This document shows, piece by piece, positions 17,876 to 27,423 of a DNA stretch of 64,000 nt. The position numbers were made by a program, and so were the translations under genes. Position 1 is the first letter of the stretch; each line of letters opens with the position of its first letter. The notes beneath the pieces were generated by a model, which saw only the letters and a program-made list of their open reading frames with translations, had not been told where the DNA came from and ran no database searches. The DNA is from an uncultured Clostridia bacterium (GTDB taxonomy: Bacteria > Bacillota > Clostridia > Christensenellales > UBA1242). The stretch covers positions 4,326 to 68,325 of the forward strand of contig CALWKD010000004.1 of the NCBI GenBank assembly GCA_944381175.1. Reading direction: 5' to 3'.

Positions 17876-18889
17876 ATGAACGAAAAATTTGAAAACATTG
17901 CAATTTCTTCGAGAATTAGACTGGCGAGAAATGTCTCTGGCTTCAATTTTTTCACGAAACTGCGTGAGACTGAACACGCAGTTTTTATCATTGACTCAGT
18001 CAAAAATGTCCTTTCAAAATGTGGAGATTTTGACCTGATTAGATTGAAAGATTTGCCACTTAATGAGTGCAATGCCCTTCTCGAAAGGCACATAATAAGC
18101 AAGGAATTGATTGAAAACAAAGACATTTCGGCTGTTTTTGTGAGTCCAGATGAGCATATTTTTATTATGGTCAATGAGGAGGATCACATCAGAGAACAGT
18201 GTATTTTTGACGGATTTGACCTTTATAAGCCTTATTTTGAAATCAAAAAGATTGACAACGAAATCTTAAGTGACATCGACATCGCTTATTCGAGTAAATA
18301 TGGGTTTATCACCTCAAGCCCAGCAAATCTTGGCACTGCAATGCGTGCGTCAGTGATGATGTTTTTGCCAGCACTTGAGCGAAACAACGACATCGAACTT
18401 ATCAAAAAAGAGGCGAGAGGGCTTGGCTACACTGTGAGAGGGCTTTACGGTGAGGGAAGCAAGACCTATGGAAGTTTTTATCAAATTTCAAACCAAAATT
18501 CTCTCGGCAAAAGCGAAAAAGAGGTCCTTGACGGCGTTTATGAATATGTTACGACCATTTGTGAGATGGAGTTGTCGGCGAGAGAGGACATTTTGGCAAT
18601 CAATCACGACCATATCATTGACGAGATTTACAGGGCGTATGGAATTTTGAAGGAAAGTATGATTTTGGAAGAAGATGAGATGATAAAATTTTTATCACTC
18701 CTTAAATTTGGAGAGGCACTGGGATACTTGAAAATTTCTGACAAAAAGGCGTTTTCCAGACTTTACACCGACGGTTGCAGTGCAAATTTGCGAGAAATTG
18801 AAAATATTTCGGGAAATTTAAAGGAAGAAGTGGCTCGCAGTCAGTATATTTCTAGGAAGGTTGGAGAACTTGTTTCAAAAGTTTCCTAA
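17876..18889 (+). CDS. mcsB: protein arginine kinase McsB
   Basis: Start at MNEKFENIAISSRIRLARNVSGFNF (ATG 17876). Contains the NLGTAMRASVMMFLPAL phosphagen-kinase motif. The 5' extension in the ORF track overlaps the preceding gene and is rejected. Confidence 0.9.
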   Translation: MNEKFENIAISSRIRLARNVSGFNFFTKLRETEHAVFIIDSVKNVLSKCGDFDLIRLKDLPLNECNALLERHIISKELIENKDISAVFVSPDEHIFIMVNEEDHIREQCIFDGFDLYKPYFEIKKIDNEILSDIDIAYSSKYGFITSSPANLGTAMRASVMMFLPALERNNDIELIKKEARGLGYTVRGLYGEGSKTYGSFYQISNQNSLGKSEKEVLDGVYEYVTTICEMELSAREDILAINHDHIIDEIYRAYGILKESMILEEDEMIKFLSLLKFGEALGYLKISDKKAFSRLYTDGCSANLREIENISGNLKEEVARSQYISRKVGELVSKVS

Positions 18890-18943
18890 ACCTTCGTTTT
18901 TCTAAGAGAAAAAAGGAAATAATTTATTCATAAGGAGGTTTTT

Positions 18944-21379
18944 ATGGCATTTAATAATGGATTATTTTCGGATAGTATTGAAAAAGTAATTAAAAATGCA
19001 AGCAGAATCGCCTTGCGTTTTGGAAGTAATTTGGTCGGCACAGAACATATCCTTTACGGAATTGCAAGCGTACCAGACTGCACTGCGTCAAAGATTTTGT
19101 CAAGTGTTGGTGTCACGGAAAACGCCCTTTTTGAACTTTTTGAAGAGTCCGCTTCTGGCGTTTCGCTCTTTGGAAGTGTTGAACTCACGCCAAGGACTAA
19201 GGAACTTTTCCAAATTGCACAGCAAATTGCAATGGATATGGGTCACTCTTTCATTGGCACTGAGCATCTTCTTTTGGCGATAGTGTCAAATAAGAATTGT
19301 TATGCGACCAAAATGCTTGAAAATGTTTTTGGTGTAAATATTCAGGAAATCAAGACAAAACTTTTGTCCTCTTTGCAGGTCTCTTCTTCAAGAGGGGAGT
19401 CCACAAAGAAATCAGAGGAAAATTCTCAGGCGGGAAGCACTTTGCCAGAGAAACTTCTTGATATGGGAAGCGACATAACCCTCAAAGCAAGGCAACACAA
19501 ACTCGACCCAGTCATCGGAAGGGAGGATGAGATTCAGCGTGTGATTGAGATTTTGTGCAGAAAGACCAAAAACAACCCAGTCCTTATTGGTGAGGCTGGT
19601 GTCGGCAAGACGGCAGTTGTGGAAGGACTTGCACAGGCGATTGCAAGCGGTGATGTTCCAGAGCAGATTAAGGACAAGACGATTTATGCTCTCGAAATTG
19701 GCGGGCTTATGGCAGGCACAAAGTATCGTGGGCAAATGGAAGAAAAGTTGAAAGATGCGATTGAGACGATTATTCAAGACGGAAACATAATTGTCTTTAT
19801 TGACGAAATTCACACACTGGCACAGGCGGGTTCAAAAGAGGGAGAAACAAGCCCTTCTGATATGCTTAAACCATATCTTGCAAGGGGCGAACTTCAAACC
19901 ATTGGTGCGACCACGACAGATGAATACAGAAAATATATCGAAAAAGACAAGGCACTTGAGAGAAGATTTCAGCCAGTAATGGTGAATCCACCAACAGTTG
20001 AGCAGACTATCGAGATTTTGAAAGGGCTTAAGGACACTTATGAGGCTTTCCACAAGATAATCATCACCGATGAGGCAATCAAAGCGGCAGCAACTTTGTC
20101 AGACAGATACATCACTGACAGAAGTTTGCCAGACAAGGCGATTGACCTTATTGATGAGGCTTGTTCAAAGGCGAAGGTAAACTTTACACTCAAACCACAG
20201 AAAGTGAGAGAGTTGGAAGAGAAAATCAGGTCGCTTTCTGCAAATAGAGATGAGGCGTCACTTCAAAGAAATTATGAAAAGGCGGCAAAACTGCAGTCTG
20301 AGATTATAAATCTTGAATCGCAACTTGAAGAGCAAAATAAGAAAATCGTCAAGAAGAGCGGAACAAAGCAAATTGGCGAAAATGAGATTGCTGAGGTTGT
20401 TTCAAAGTGGACGGGAATTCCAGTCACAAAACTTACGGAAGGAGAAAAGGAAAAACTTATCCACTTGGAAGAGATTTTGCATAAGCGTGTCATTGGGCAA
20501 GACGAGGCGATTTCTGCTGTTTCAAAGGCAATCAGGCGTGCAAGAATTGGGCTTCAAGACAGCAAGAGACCTATTGGTTCATTCCTATTTATGGGACCGA
20601 CTGGTGTCGGGAAAACGGAACTCTCAAAAGCCATTGCTGAGGCACTTTTTGACAACGAAAACAACATAATCAGAATTGATATGAGTGAGTATATGGAAAG
20701 TCACACAGTGTCAAAACTGATAGGTGCACCTCCAGGATATGTTGGATTTGACGAGGGTGGACAACTCACAGAGCAAGTCAGACGCAGACCATATTCTGTT
20801 GTGCTTTTTGATGAAATTGAGAAGGCTCACCCAGAGGTCTTAAACGCACTTTTGCAAATTCTTGACGACGGAAGACTTACTGACAGCAAAGGCAGGACTG
20901 TAAGTTTCAAAAACACAGTCATAATTATGACCAGCAACATCGGAGCAAACGAAATCCGTCAAAACAAACAACTAGGTTTTGGAACTAGAGAAAATGAAAA
21001 GGTAAACGAAAGAGATATTTATCTTGACGCACTCAAAAAGAGATTTAAACCAGAACTTATAAACAGAATTGATGTCATCTGCATTTTCGAGTCGCTCACG
21101 AAACAAGATTTGATTAAAATCACGAAGGTTATGCTTGATTCAATCAACAAGAGACTCTCTGCAAAAGGACTCAAACTCGAGGTGGAAGACGATGCAATCG
21201 ACTATATCGTGGCGAAAGGCTCAAATCTCACCTATGGGGCAAGACCTCTAAAAAGATTTATCGAACAGGAAATCGAGGATAGAGTTGCGGAGAAAATCTT
21301 GCTTGGAGAGTTGCCAGAACAGGGAACGATTGAAGTTTCGCTTTCTGGTGATGAATTAGTCTTCAATTCTCAAAAATAA
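18944..21379 (+). CDS. clpC: ATP-dependent Clp protease ATP-binding subunit ClpC
   Basis: 811 aa. N-terminal Clp repeat domain, two AAA+ modules ([18 protein letters not shown]), and a middle coiled coil. Confidence 0.95.
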   Translation: MAFNNGLFSDSIEKVIKNASRIALRFGSNLVGTEHILYGIASVPDCTASKILSSVGVTENALFELFEESASGVSLFGSVELTPRTKELFQIAQQIAMDMGHSFIGTEHLLLAIVSNKNCYATKMLENVFGVNIQEIKTKLLSSLQVSSSRGESTKKSEENSQAGSTLPEKLLDMGSDITLKARQHKLDPVIGREDEIQRVIEILCRKTKNNPVLIGEAGVGKTAVVEGLAQAIASGDVPEQIKDKTIYALEIGGLMAGTKYRGQMEEKLKDAIETIIQDGNIIVFIDEIHTLAQAGSKEGETSPSDMLKPYLARGELQTIGATTTDEYRKYIEKDKALERRFQPVMVNPPTVEQTIEILKGLKDTYEAFHKIIITDEAIKAAATLSDRYITDRSLPDKAIDLIDEACSKAKVNFTLKPQKVRELEEKIRSLSANRDEASLQRNYEKAAKLQSEIINLESQLEEQNKKIVKKSGTKQIGENEIAEVVSKWTGIPVTKLTEGEKEKLIHLEEILHKRVIGQDEAISAVSKAIRRARIGLQDSKRPIGSFLFMGPTGVGKTELSKAIAEALFDNENNIIRIDMSEYMESHTVSKLIGAPPGYVGFDEGGQLTEQVRRRPYSVVLFDEIEKAHPEVLNALLQILDDGRLTDSKGRTVSFKNTVIIMTSNIGANEIRQNKQLGFGTRENEKVNERDIYLDALKKRFKPELINRIDVICIFESLTKQDLIKITKVMLDSINKRLSAKGLKLEVEDDAIDYIVAKGSNLTYGARPLKRFIEQEIEDRVAEKILLGELPEQGTIEVSLSGDELVFNSQK

Positions 21380-21444
21380 TTATTAAAAATATTTGGTGAA
21401 TTCACAAATATTTGTTAAAATGAATCTACAAAAGGAGAAAAATT

Positions 21445-21972
21445 ATGAAAGTTGTATTTGTAGAGAAAAAATATAAGGCTGCTCAAAGATTTAGAAGTAT
21501 TGTTGAGGACAAACTTGCAAGACTGGACAAATATTTTCCAGATGATGCAACAGCAACTGTTTGCGTTTCAAAGCAAGACAACAGAGAGAAGTTGGAACTC
21601 ACCATTTCTGCAAAAGGCTTGCTTTATAGGGCGGAAGTTTCTGGAAACAACAACTACGAAAATATTGACCTCGCTCTTCCAAAAATCGAGAAGCAAATCG
21701 TGAGGACAAAAGAAAAAGCAAGAGCGGGCAGACGCTCAGCACCAAAGAATGTGGGTTATGAATTCTTGGAGGAGAAGCCAGACTTGAAACTTGCTGAGAT
21801 AAGCAAGAGGAAAGTCTTCGACCTTGACCCAATCACTGTTGAAGAGGCGAAGGACGCCATCGAAAGACTTGACCACACATTCTACATTTTCCTCAACGCA
21901 GAAGACGGGAAAGTCAATGTGCTTTACAAGAGAAACGACAAGAAATATGGGCTTATCGAAGTCAATTTCTAA
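21445..21972 (+). CDS. hpf: ribosome hibernation-promoting factor (long HPF)
   Basis: 175 aa. The S30AE N-domain (LELTISAKGLLYRAEVSGNNNYENIDLALPKIEKQI) is joined to a C-terminal dimerisation domain (FYIFLNAEDGKVNVLYKRNDKKYGLIE). Confidence 0.9.
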   Translation: MKVVFVEKKYKAAQRFRSIVEDKLARLDKYFPDDATATVCVSKQDNREKLELTISAKGLLYRAEVSGNNNYENIDLALPKIEKQIVRTKEKARAGRRSAPKNVGYEFLEEKPDLKLAEISKRKVFDLDPITVEEAKDAIERLDHTFYIFLNAEDGKVNVLYKRNDKKYGLIEVNF

Positions 21973-22015
21973 GTCTTTATAGAATAATTTTTGAAATAAC
22001 AAACACAATAAAACT

Positions 22016-22534
22016 ATGAAAAAGTTTTTATTAGTTTTTCTTTGTGTTTGTTTTTCTTTTTTGGCTTTTGGTTGTGAGACTGAGACACAGTTGAGGGTGT
22101 CGACAATAAGCAATATGACATCCAAACTGAGCACTCACTATTCAATCAGGGTGAATCTTGAAAAAGATGACAGAGTGGCAGAGAGATATGTCGATTTGCA
22201 GATTAAGTCAAGCAAGGAAAACCAAACATTGCGTTTCGGAGAGGAAAATGCAGATGCATACACAATCACCTTGGAGGACAAGGACTATTGGTATAATCTG
22301 ACTTACCTTATCAGCAAGACAAATGGCTTGGAAGTCGAGGGGGAATACCATAGGTACGAGGACTTTGGAAGCAAAATCTTCAACTTCTCTTCGCAAAACG
22401 ATGTGGAGATTTCGTTTAGAGTCGTCGCTGGGAAAGAGAAGGAAAACTCAGAAACTGGAGAGAAAATTCTTGTGCTCAGCGAAGATATTTCGGATGTGCT
22501 CACCATAAAAGTTAAAAAACTTGATGATGAGTGA
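22016..22534 (+). CDS. lipoprotein, unknown function
   Basis: Signal peptide plus lipobox MKKFLLVFLCVCFSFLAFGC. 172 aa. Confidence 0.6.
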   Translation: MKKFLLVFLCVCFSFLAFGCETETQLRVSTISNMTSKLSTHYSIRVNLEKDDRVAERYVDLQIKSSKENQTLRFGEENADAYTITLEDKDYWYNLTYLISKTNGLEVEGEYHRYEDFGSKIFNFSSQNDVEISFRVVAGKEKENSETGEKILVLSEDISDVLTIKVKKLDDE

Positions 22535-22538
22535 TGAT

Positions 22539-22600
22539 AAAAGTAAATTTGCAGACGATTTTGTGGCAATTTTGCAAATTTACTTTTATTTTTTTTTCAG
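22539..22600 (+). terminator. strong intrinsic terminator
   Basis: aaaagtaaatttgca...tgcaaatttactttt (13-bp stem) followed by a T-run. Confidence 0.75.
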
Positions 22601-22705
22601 ATATAGTATTATAAATATGAAAAGCGTTCTGCTTTCGTTTCTTTTGAGTTTGATTGCGAAGGAGTTCGCGGATTTATTCTTGAAAGAAGCCAACTGGGAG
22701 AAAAT

Positions 22706-23350
22706 ATGTTATCAATCAAAAATTTGTGCCTTAAATACACCAAAGAATTTTATGCGCTTGAAGATGTAAATCTTGATGTCGCTGTGGGAGAGAGCGTTGC
22801 ATTTGTTGGGGAATCCAACAGCGGAAAGACCACTCTACTTCGTGTTATTGCGAAATTGGAAGATTTTGACAGTGGAGAGATTTATATAAACAAAATTCCA
22901 ATCAAAAAGGTTGACTTCAAGACCGATTTGAGCGTGGGCTATGTGCCGTATTGTCCAGTTTTTTTGGAAAATAAGACTGTTTATGAAAATTTCAGTTATA
23001 TTTTGCATAAAAAGGGAGTCAAACCTGCAGAAGCGGAGAAAATGATAAACAACGCGATCATTGACTTCTCTTTGGAGCGTATTCGAGACGAAAAAATAAA
23101 AAACATAAGAAAAGAGGACAAATATGTCTTGTCACTTATAAGACTTTCTTTCAGAAAACTTGATTTGCTTTTGGTGGATAATATTTTTGACGAAATCTCT
23201 GAGGTTTACACCGATGCGATTTTGAGTCTTATCAAAAGATTGAAAGAAAGCGACACAACATTGATCCTTTGTTGCACAAGACCAGAAATTGCAGAGAAAA
23301 TTTGTAAAAGAAAGATTTATTTCGAGCACGGCAAGGTAGTGGAAGATTAA
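22706..23350 (+). CDS. ABC-type ATPase domain protein with degenerate catalytic motifs; no permease partner adjacent
   Basis: 214 aa. Walker A GESNSGKT is intact. The positions of the Q-loop (Y), signature (IRKED for LSGGQ), Walker B (LLLVDN) and H-loop (CTRP) are substituted. Confidence 0.8.
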   Translation: MLSIKNLCLKYTKEFYALEDVNLDVAVGESVAFVGESNSGKTTLLRVIAKLEDFDSGEIYINKIPIKKVDFKTDLSVGYVPYCPVFLENKTVYENFSYILHKKGVKPAEAEKMINNAIIDFSLERIRDEKIKNIRKEDKYVLSLIRLSFRKLDLLLVDNIFDEISEVYTDAILSLIKRLKESDTTLILCCTRPEIAEKICKRKIYFEHGKVVED

Positions 23351-23395
23351 AAAAGGGCAGATTTTCATCAATTCGTTTTAAAACTAACAAAAAAA

Positions 23396-23430
23396 AAGAT
23401 AGCGGAAATGCTTCCGCTATCTTTTATTTT
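23396..23430. terminator. intrinsic terminator (bidirectional context)
   Basis: aagatagcggaa-atgc-ttccgctatctt, with an A-run before and a T-run after. Confidence 0.7.
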
Positions 23431-23526
23431 GCCGTTTTCAAAGATTGTGAGTTTTTTTCATAATTTGAAATAAATTGGCAGAAAAAAGTGGATGCAATTT
23501 GAGAGGGAAAGATGAAATTTTATGTT

Positions 23527-24006
23527 TTAAAATTCTTCGACTGAATTTTTTAAATCAATGACCTTTTCCTCTTTTTCCTTGCTGTCTTGCTTTTGCATTA
23601 AAGAACCTAAAAGATTTGTCATAAGTTCGTTTTGATTTGTGTTTTGCTTTCCAGAAAACAACATTGAAAGCAGTGGATTCCCACTCAAAAATTGGGACAG
23701 AAGTGGATTGTTTGAAGAAAAGAGGTTTGAGAAAAGTGATTGCAAAGGATTTCGACCTTGGTTTTGCTGAGAGAATTGATTTTGCTGAAACTGCTGGTTG
23801 AAATTGGGGTGTTCGCTCTGTCCGAATGAAAAATTATTGCTTTGCCAAGAGGATTGCGAGTTTTCGTTTTGAGATGTGGCTTGTTGCTGTGGCTGGTTGT
23901 GTTCAAATGAAGATTGGGCGTTTGTGCCCTTACCCAAAGTGATTGATTTTGGATAATAACTTTCGGCATTCACTAAATTTTCTGTTTCATCTGAATGGTT
24001 GTTCAT
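23527..24006 (-). CDS. Q/N-rich low-complexity protein (159 aa)
   Basis: I place the start at MNNHSDETEN (ATG 24004-24006), because the longer ORF would overlap the divergent gene. No clear SD. The sequence is rich in Q, N, S and F, with repeated NPLLS motifs. Confidence 0.45.
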   Translation of the reverse strand: MNNHSDETENLVNAESYYPKSITLGKGTNAQSSFEHNQPQQQATSQNENSQSSWQSNNFSFGQSEHPNFNQQFQQNQFSQQNQGRNPLQSLFSNLFSSNNPLLSQFLSGNPLLSMLFSGKQNTNQNELMTNLLGSLMQKQDSKEKEEKVIDLKNSVEEF

Positions 24007-24084
24007 AAAATATTTATATGTCTTTGAAAATGTTTTAGTGTTGATTTGCCTAAAATTTTCATATATTGATGTTAGGGAGAGGTT

Positions 24085-24336
24085 ATGAAAATTAGCGAAA
24101 TGAACAAACAAGAAAAAACCACTCAAAAGAAAAAAACGGTAAATGAGGCTTATGAGGAACTCAAAGGGCTCTCATCTGAGGAACTTATGGAGAGGTTGTC
24201 GAATGAGATTAAGGGGCAGAAACTTAATGGCACTTTTGACTATCAGACGCTTCGAGCATCCGTTGAAAAAATCAGAGAATATCTTCCGTCACAAACCTAT
24301 GAAAATATGATAAGGATAATTGAAAGTTTAAAATGA
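24085..24336 (+). CDS. hypothetical 83-aa protein, translationally coupled to the S8 protease
   Basis: SD gggagagg. The stop overlaps the next start (ATGA). Confidence 0.6.
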   Translation: MKISEMNKQEKTTQKKKTVNEAYEELKGLSSEELMERLSNEIKGQKLNGTFDYQTLRASVEKIREYLPSQTYENMIRIIESLK

Positions 24337-25484
24337 ATTTAGATAAAATCGACAGAAAGTTGCTTTCGGAAATTGCAGTGCTTTCTTACGAAAGAAAAAT
24401 TCCTTGCTTCGTTTTTGGCAAAAATTTTGCAAGGACGAAGAGGCTTCTTGAAAGTAAAAATATACATATCCTAAATGAATATTTATTCATAAATTCTTTT
24501 TTTTGTTCGGTCTCCCAAAAGGAGATCTATTCCTTGGCGAACTTGCAAGTGGTGGACTATATTTCTTCTTGCACAAATGTGTGTGCAATGATGTATATTG
24601 CAAAGAAGATTTTGAAGAACGACAATGTAAAACTTTCTGGCGAGGGTGTGAGCGTCGCGTTTATTGATACGGGGGTGTCGCCACACGCTGATTTTTTGCT
24701 TGGCAGAGACAGACTGAAAATCTTCAAGGATTTTGTAAATGACAAAAAGGTCGCTTATGATGACAATGGTCACGGGACTTTTGTCGCAGGGGTTTGTGCT
24801 GGGAATGGGGCACTGTCTGGTTTCAAGTTTGCTGGGATTGCACCAAAGGCAAACATCGTGGCACTCAAAGCACTCAATGCCGACGGAGAGTCTGGTGCAA
24901 ACAAGATTATCAGTGCAATGGAGTGGATTTTTGACAATCACGAAAAAGAGGACATCAAAGTCGTTTGTATGAGTTTTGGGAGTGAGCCTCTGGGGCAAAA
25001 TGACCCGATAATGCTGGGTGCGGAGGCACTTTGGAAAGAGGGTGTCACGGTGGTCGCTGCGGCGGGGAACAGTGGACCAGAATATCAAACAATAAAGTCT
25101 CCAGGCATAAGTTCAAAAATTATAACAGTCGGTGGAATTGATGACAACCGCTATGACGAAACAAATTACAATCCCAATTTTTTTGAAATCGCAGACTTTT
25201 CTTCACGTGGACCTGCGATGAGAAACATTAAGCCCGATTTGGTCGCACCAAGTGTGGATATTGTCTCTTGCGGAGTTGGAAAAACTTACACCTCTTTGTC
25301 TGGAACTTCTGTCGCAACACCAATGGTGGCAGGGATCGTTTGTCTTATGCTTGAGCTAAACAAAAATTTGACTCCAGATAAAATAAAATATAATTTACTT
25401 AAAAGTTGCAATCCGCTGGGTTTTGAGATGAATTTGGAAGGATTTGGAATGCCAAATTTAAGTAAATTATTTAAAAAATACTAA
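24333..25484 (+). CDS. S8 family subtilisin-like serine peptidase, no signal peptide
   Basis: Catalytic triad contexts VAFIDTGV (Asp), HGTFVAGV (His) and GTSVATPMVAG (Ser). An N-terminal propeptide-like region of about 100 aa has no hydrophobic leader. Confidence 0.9.
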   Translation: MNLDKIDRKLLSEIAVLSYERKIPCFVFGKNFARTKRLLESKNIHILNEYLFINSFFCSVSQKEIYSLANLQVVDYISSCTNVCAMMYIAKKILKNDNVKLSGEGVSVAFIDTGVSPHADFLLGRDRLKIFKDFVNDKKVAYDDNGHGTFVAGVCAGNGALSGFKFAGIAPKANIVALKALNADGESGANKIISAMEWIFDNHEKEDIKVVCMSFGSEPLGQNDPIMLGAEALWKEGVTVVAAAGNSGPEYQTIKSPGISSKIITVGGIDDNRYDETNYNPNFFEIADFSSRGPAMRNIKPDLVAPSVDIVSCGVGKTYTSLSGTSVATPMVAGIVCLMLELNKNLTPDKIKYNLLKSCNPLGFEMNLEGFGMPNLSKLFKKY

Positions 25485-25505
25485 TTTTTAATGTTTTTTT
25501 ATTTT

Positions 25506-26528
25506 TTAATATTTTTTTAAAATTTTAGAAATTTGCAACACGGCATCAGTTTTTGCGTATTTTTGCATTTTTTTCTTAATTTTTTCGCTATTTTTTGCTA
25601 ATAAATTTAATTTATTTTTTAAATTATCCAAATTCAAATTTTTTTCAGTCAAGACCTGTGCAAATCCCATTTTTTCAAATAAATTTGAATTTTCAATTTG
25701 GTCACCTCTTGAATTTGACTTTGAAAGCGGGACAAGAAGCATAGGTTTGTTTAGGGCGAGAAGTTCATTGATGACCCCACTTCCTGCTCTTGAAATGACG
25801 ACATCTGCCGTCGCATAATAATCCTCAATATTGTCAGCATATGGCACAAGATGATAGTTTTTGTGCGATGTTTTTTTGTAGTTATTTTTTCCGCAAATAT
25901 GCAAGATATTATATTGCTCTGTGAGGTTGTCGAGAATTGAAAAAATGAATTCGTTTATCGTTTTTGCTCCAAGACTTCCACCCAAAATGAGAATCGTCGG
26001 GAGGTTGTTTTTGAACAAATTCAGTTTATTACCGTGAAAAATTTGTGAGCGTATTGGCTGTCCCGTGTATTTGCATTTTTTGTTTTGCTTGGCGGTTTCT
26101 TCAAAAGTGGTGCACATAACATCACAACAGCGAAGTATCACTTTGTTTGCAAGCCCAAGCGTCAAATCGCTTTCGTGGCTGACCACTGGAATGTTTTCAA
26201 ATTTTCCAGCAACTGCAACTGGCACTGCCACAAAACCACCCTTTGAAAAAATTACATCAGGGTCAATTTCTTGCAAAACATTTTTTGCACATTTGATTGA
26301 TTTTGCAAGTTTGAAGGGAATTAGAAAATTTCGCAGTGTCAACTTTCTTTCAAACTTGACCGTCGGAATTGTGTGATAAGTTATGTTTTTGTATTTTGCG
26401 AGAATCTCTTTTTCAATGCCTTCTCCGCCGAGGTAGTGAAGTTCGCAGTCTTGCAGTTCCTCTGCGACAGCAAGTGCGGGATAGACGTGACCAGCAGTCC
26501 CGCCACCAGTCAAAACAATTTTTTTCAT
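25506..26528 (-). CDS. murG: UDP-N-acetylglucosamine--N-acetylmuramyl-(pentapeptide) pyrophosphoryl-undecaprenol GlcNAc transferase
   Basis: 340 aa. MKKIVLTGGGTAGHVYPALAVAEEL N-terminus and GT28 architecture. Confidence 0.9.
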   Translation of the reverse strand: MKKIVLTGGGTAGHVYPALAVAEELQDCELHYLGGEGIEKEILAKYKNITYHTIPTVKFERKLTLRNFLIPFKLAKSIKCAKNVLQEIDPDVIFSKGGFVAVPVAVAGKFENIPVVSHESDLTLGLANKVILRCCDVMCTTFEETAKQNKKCKYTGQPIRSQIFHGNKLNLFKNNLPTILILGGSLGAKTINEFIFSILDNLTEQYNILHICGKNNYKKTSHKNYHLVPYADNIEDYYATADVVISRAGSGVINELLALNKPMLLVPLSKSNSRGDQIENSNLFEKMGFAQVLTEKNLNLDNLKNKLNLLAKNSEKIKKKMQKYAKTDAVLQISKILKKY

Positions 26529-26706
26529 AATGACTCCTTGATGTATTTTATTATTTCATTTTCACAAATATTATATACAATCAAGGTGATATTTTCTGTT
26601 GTATAAATATATAATAGAATGCATAAATATGCAAAATATTATAATCACAATATTCTCAAACTTATCATCAAAATCACAAAAAAAAGAAGTCACAAAATAT
26701 GACTTC

Positions 26707-27243
26707 TTATCTCAAACGCTTGACCTCTTTTTTTAAACTCTTCTTATATGCTTTTTCTCTTGCCTTTCTTTGTTTTTCGGCTTCTCTTTCTGCCTTTTCA
26801 TTTTCAATTGTCTCTTTCAATTCTTTGGAATATGTTTTTTCATATTTTGCACGGATGATTTTGCAAACAGCATTGAAGTTTTGTCTTTCTTTAAGTTTTA
26901 TGTCTTTTCTAAAAGAGAAACTCAAATCATTGAAATAATTTTTTTTGTAGTGACCATATTTGTTCATTACATTGAGCAAAGTTTCAATTTCCTTGTCCAT
27001 TTCCTCTTTGGTCTCTGGATGTTCATCTGCACGATTTTCATAACTCCTGATAAGTCCAGCAATTGCAATTTCAGTTTGAAGATTTGTGTTTTTTTGGTAT
27101 TTTGCTCTTAAGTATTTCAAAGGTCTTTCTTCATCATAATGTGTGTTATTGATGCCGTTCACACTAATAAACCCATATGTGTAAAGACTTAATTTGCACT
27201 CTAAATCAGAAAAATTTGCTATTCGATACACTTTTTTAAACAT
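26707..27243 (-). CDS. hypothetical K/E-rich protein (178 aa)
   Basis: SD aaggagaaaaa. Followed on the minus strand by a terminator (aagaagtca...tgacttctt plus T-run, about 26675-26710). I recognise no family. Confidence 0.55.
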   Translation of the reverse strand: MFKKVYRIANFSDLECKLSLYTYGFISVNGINNTHYDEERPLKYLRAKYQKNTNLQTEIAIAGLIRSYENRADEHPETKEEMDKEIETLLNVMNKYGHYKKNYFNDLSFSFRKDIKLKERQNFNAVCKIIRAKYEKTYSKELKETIENEKAEREAEKQRKAREKAYKKSLKKEVKRLR

Positions 27244-27423
27244 TTTTTCTCCTTAAAATCATTTTCGTGATAATTTTATCACAGGGATTTTGGGATGTCA
27301 ATATCAAATTTTGAAAAAGTTGCGTTTTTATTTTTTAAAAATCAACATTTTATGCTAAAATAATTCAAAATGATGTGTTTTGACGCGTTTTTGTCAAAAC
27401 AAAAGGTTTTTGTGGAGTGAATT

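Noticed and set aside
20450-20465. DnaA-box-like (ttatccact) and dif-like (atatattatg near 63735) strings
   Set aside because: They are single, imperfect and located within or next to coding sequence. There is no clustering, and no dnaA/dnaN or xerC/D context.
22521-22769. 82-aa plus-strand ORF spanning the lipoprotein terminator and the ABC gene start
   Set aside because: It runs through a 13-bp-stem intrinsic terminator and overlaps two better-supported genes.
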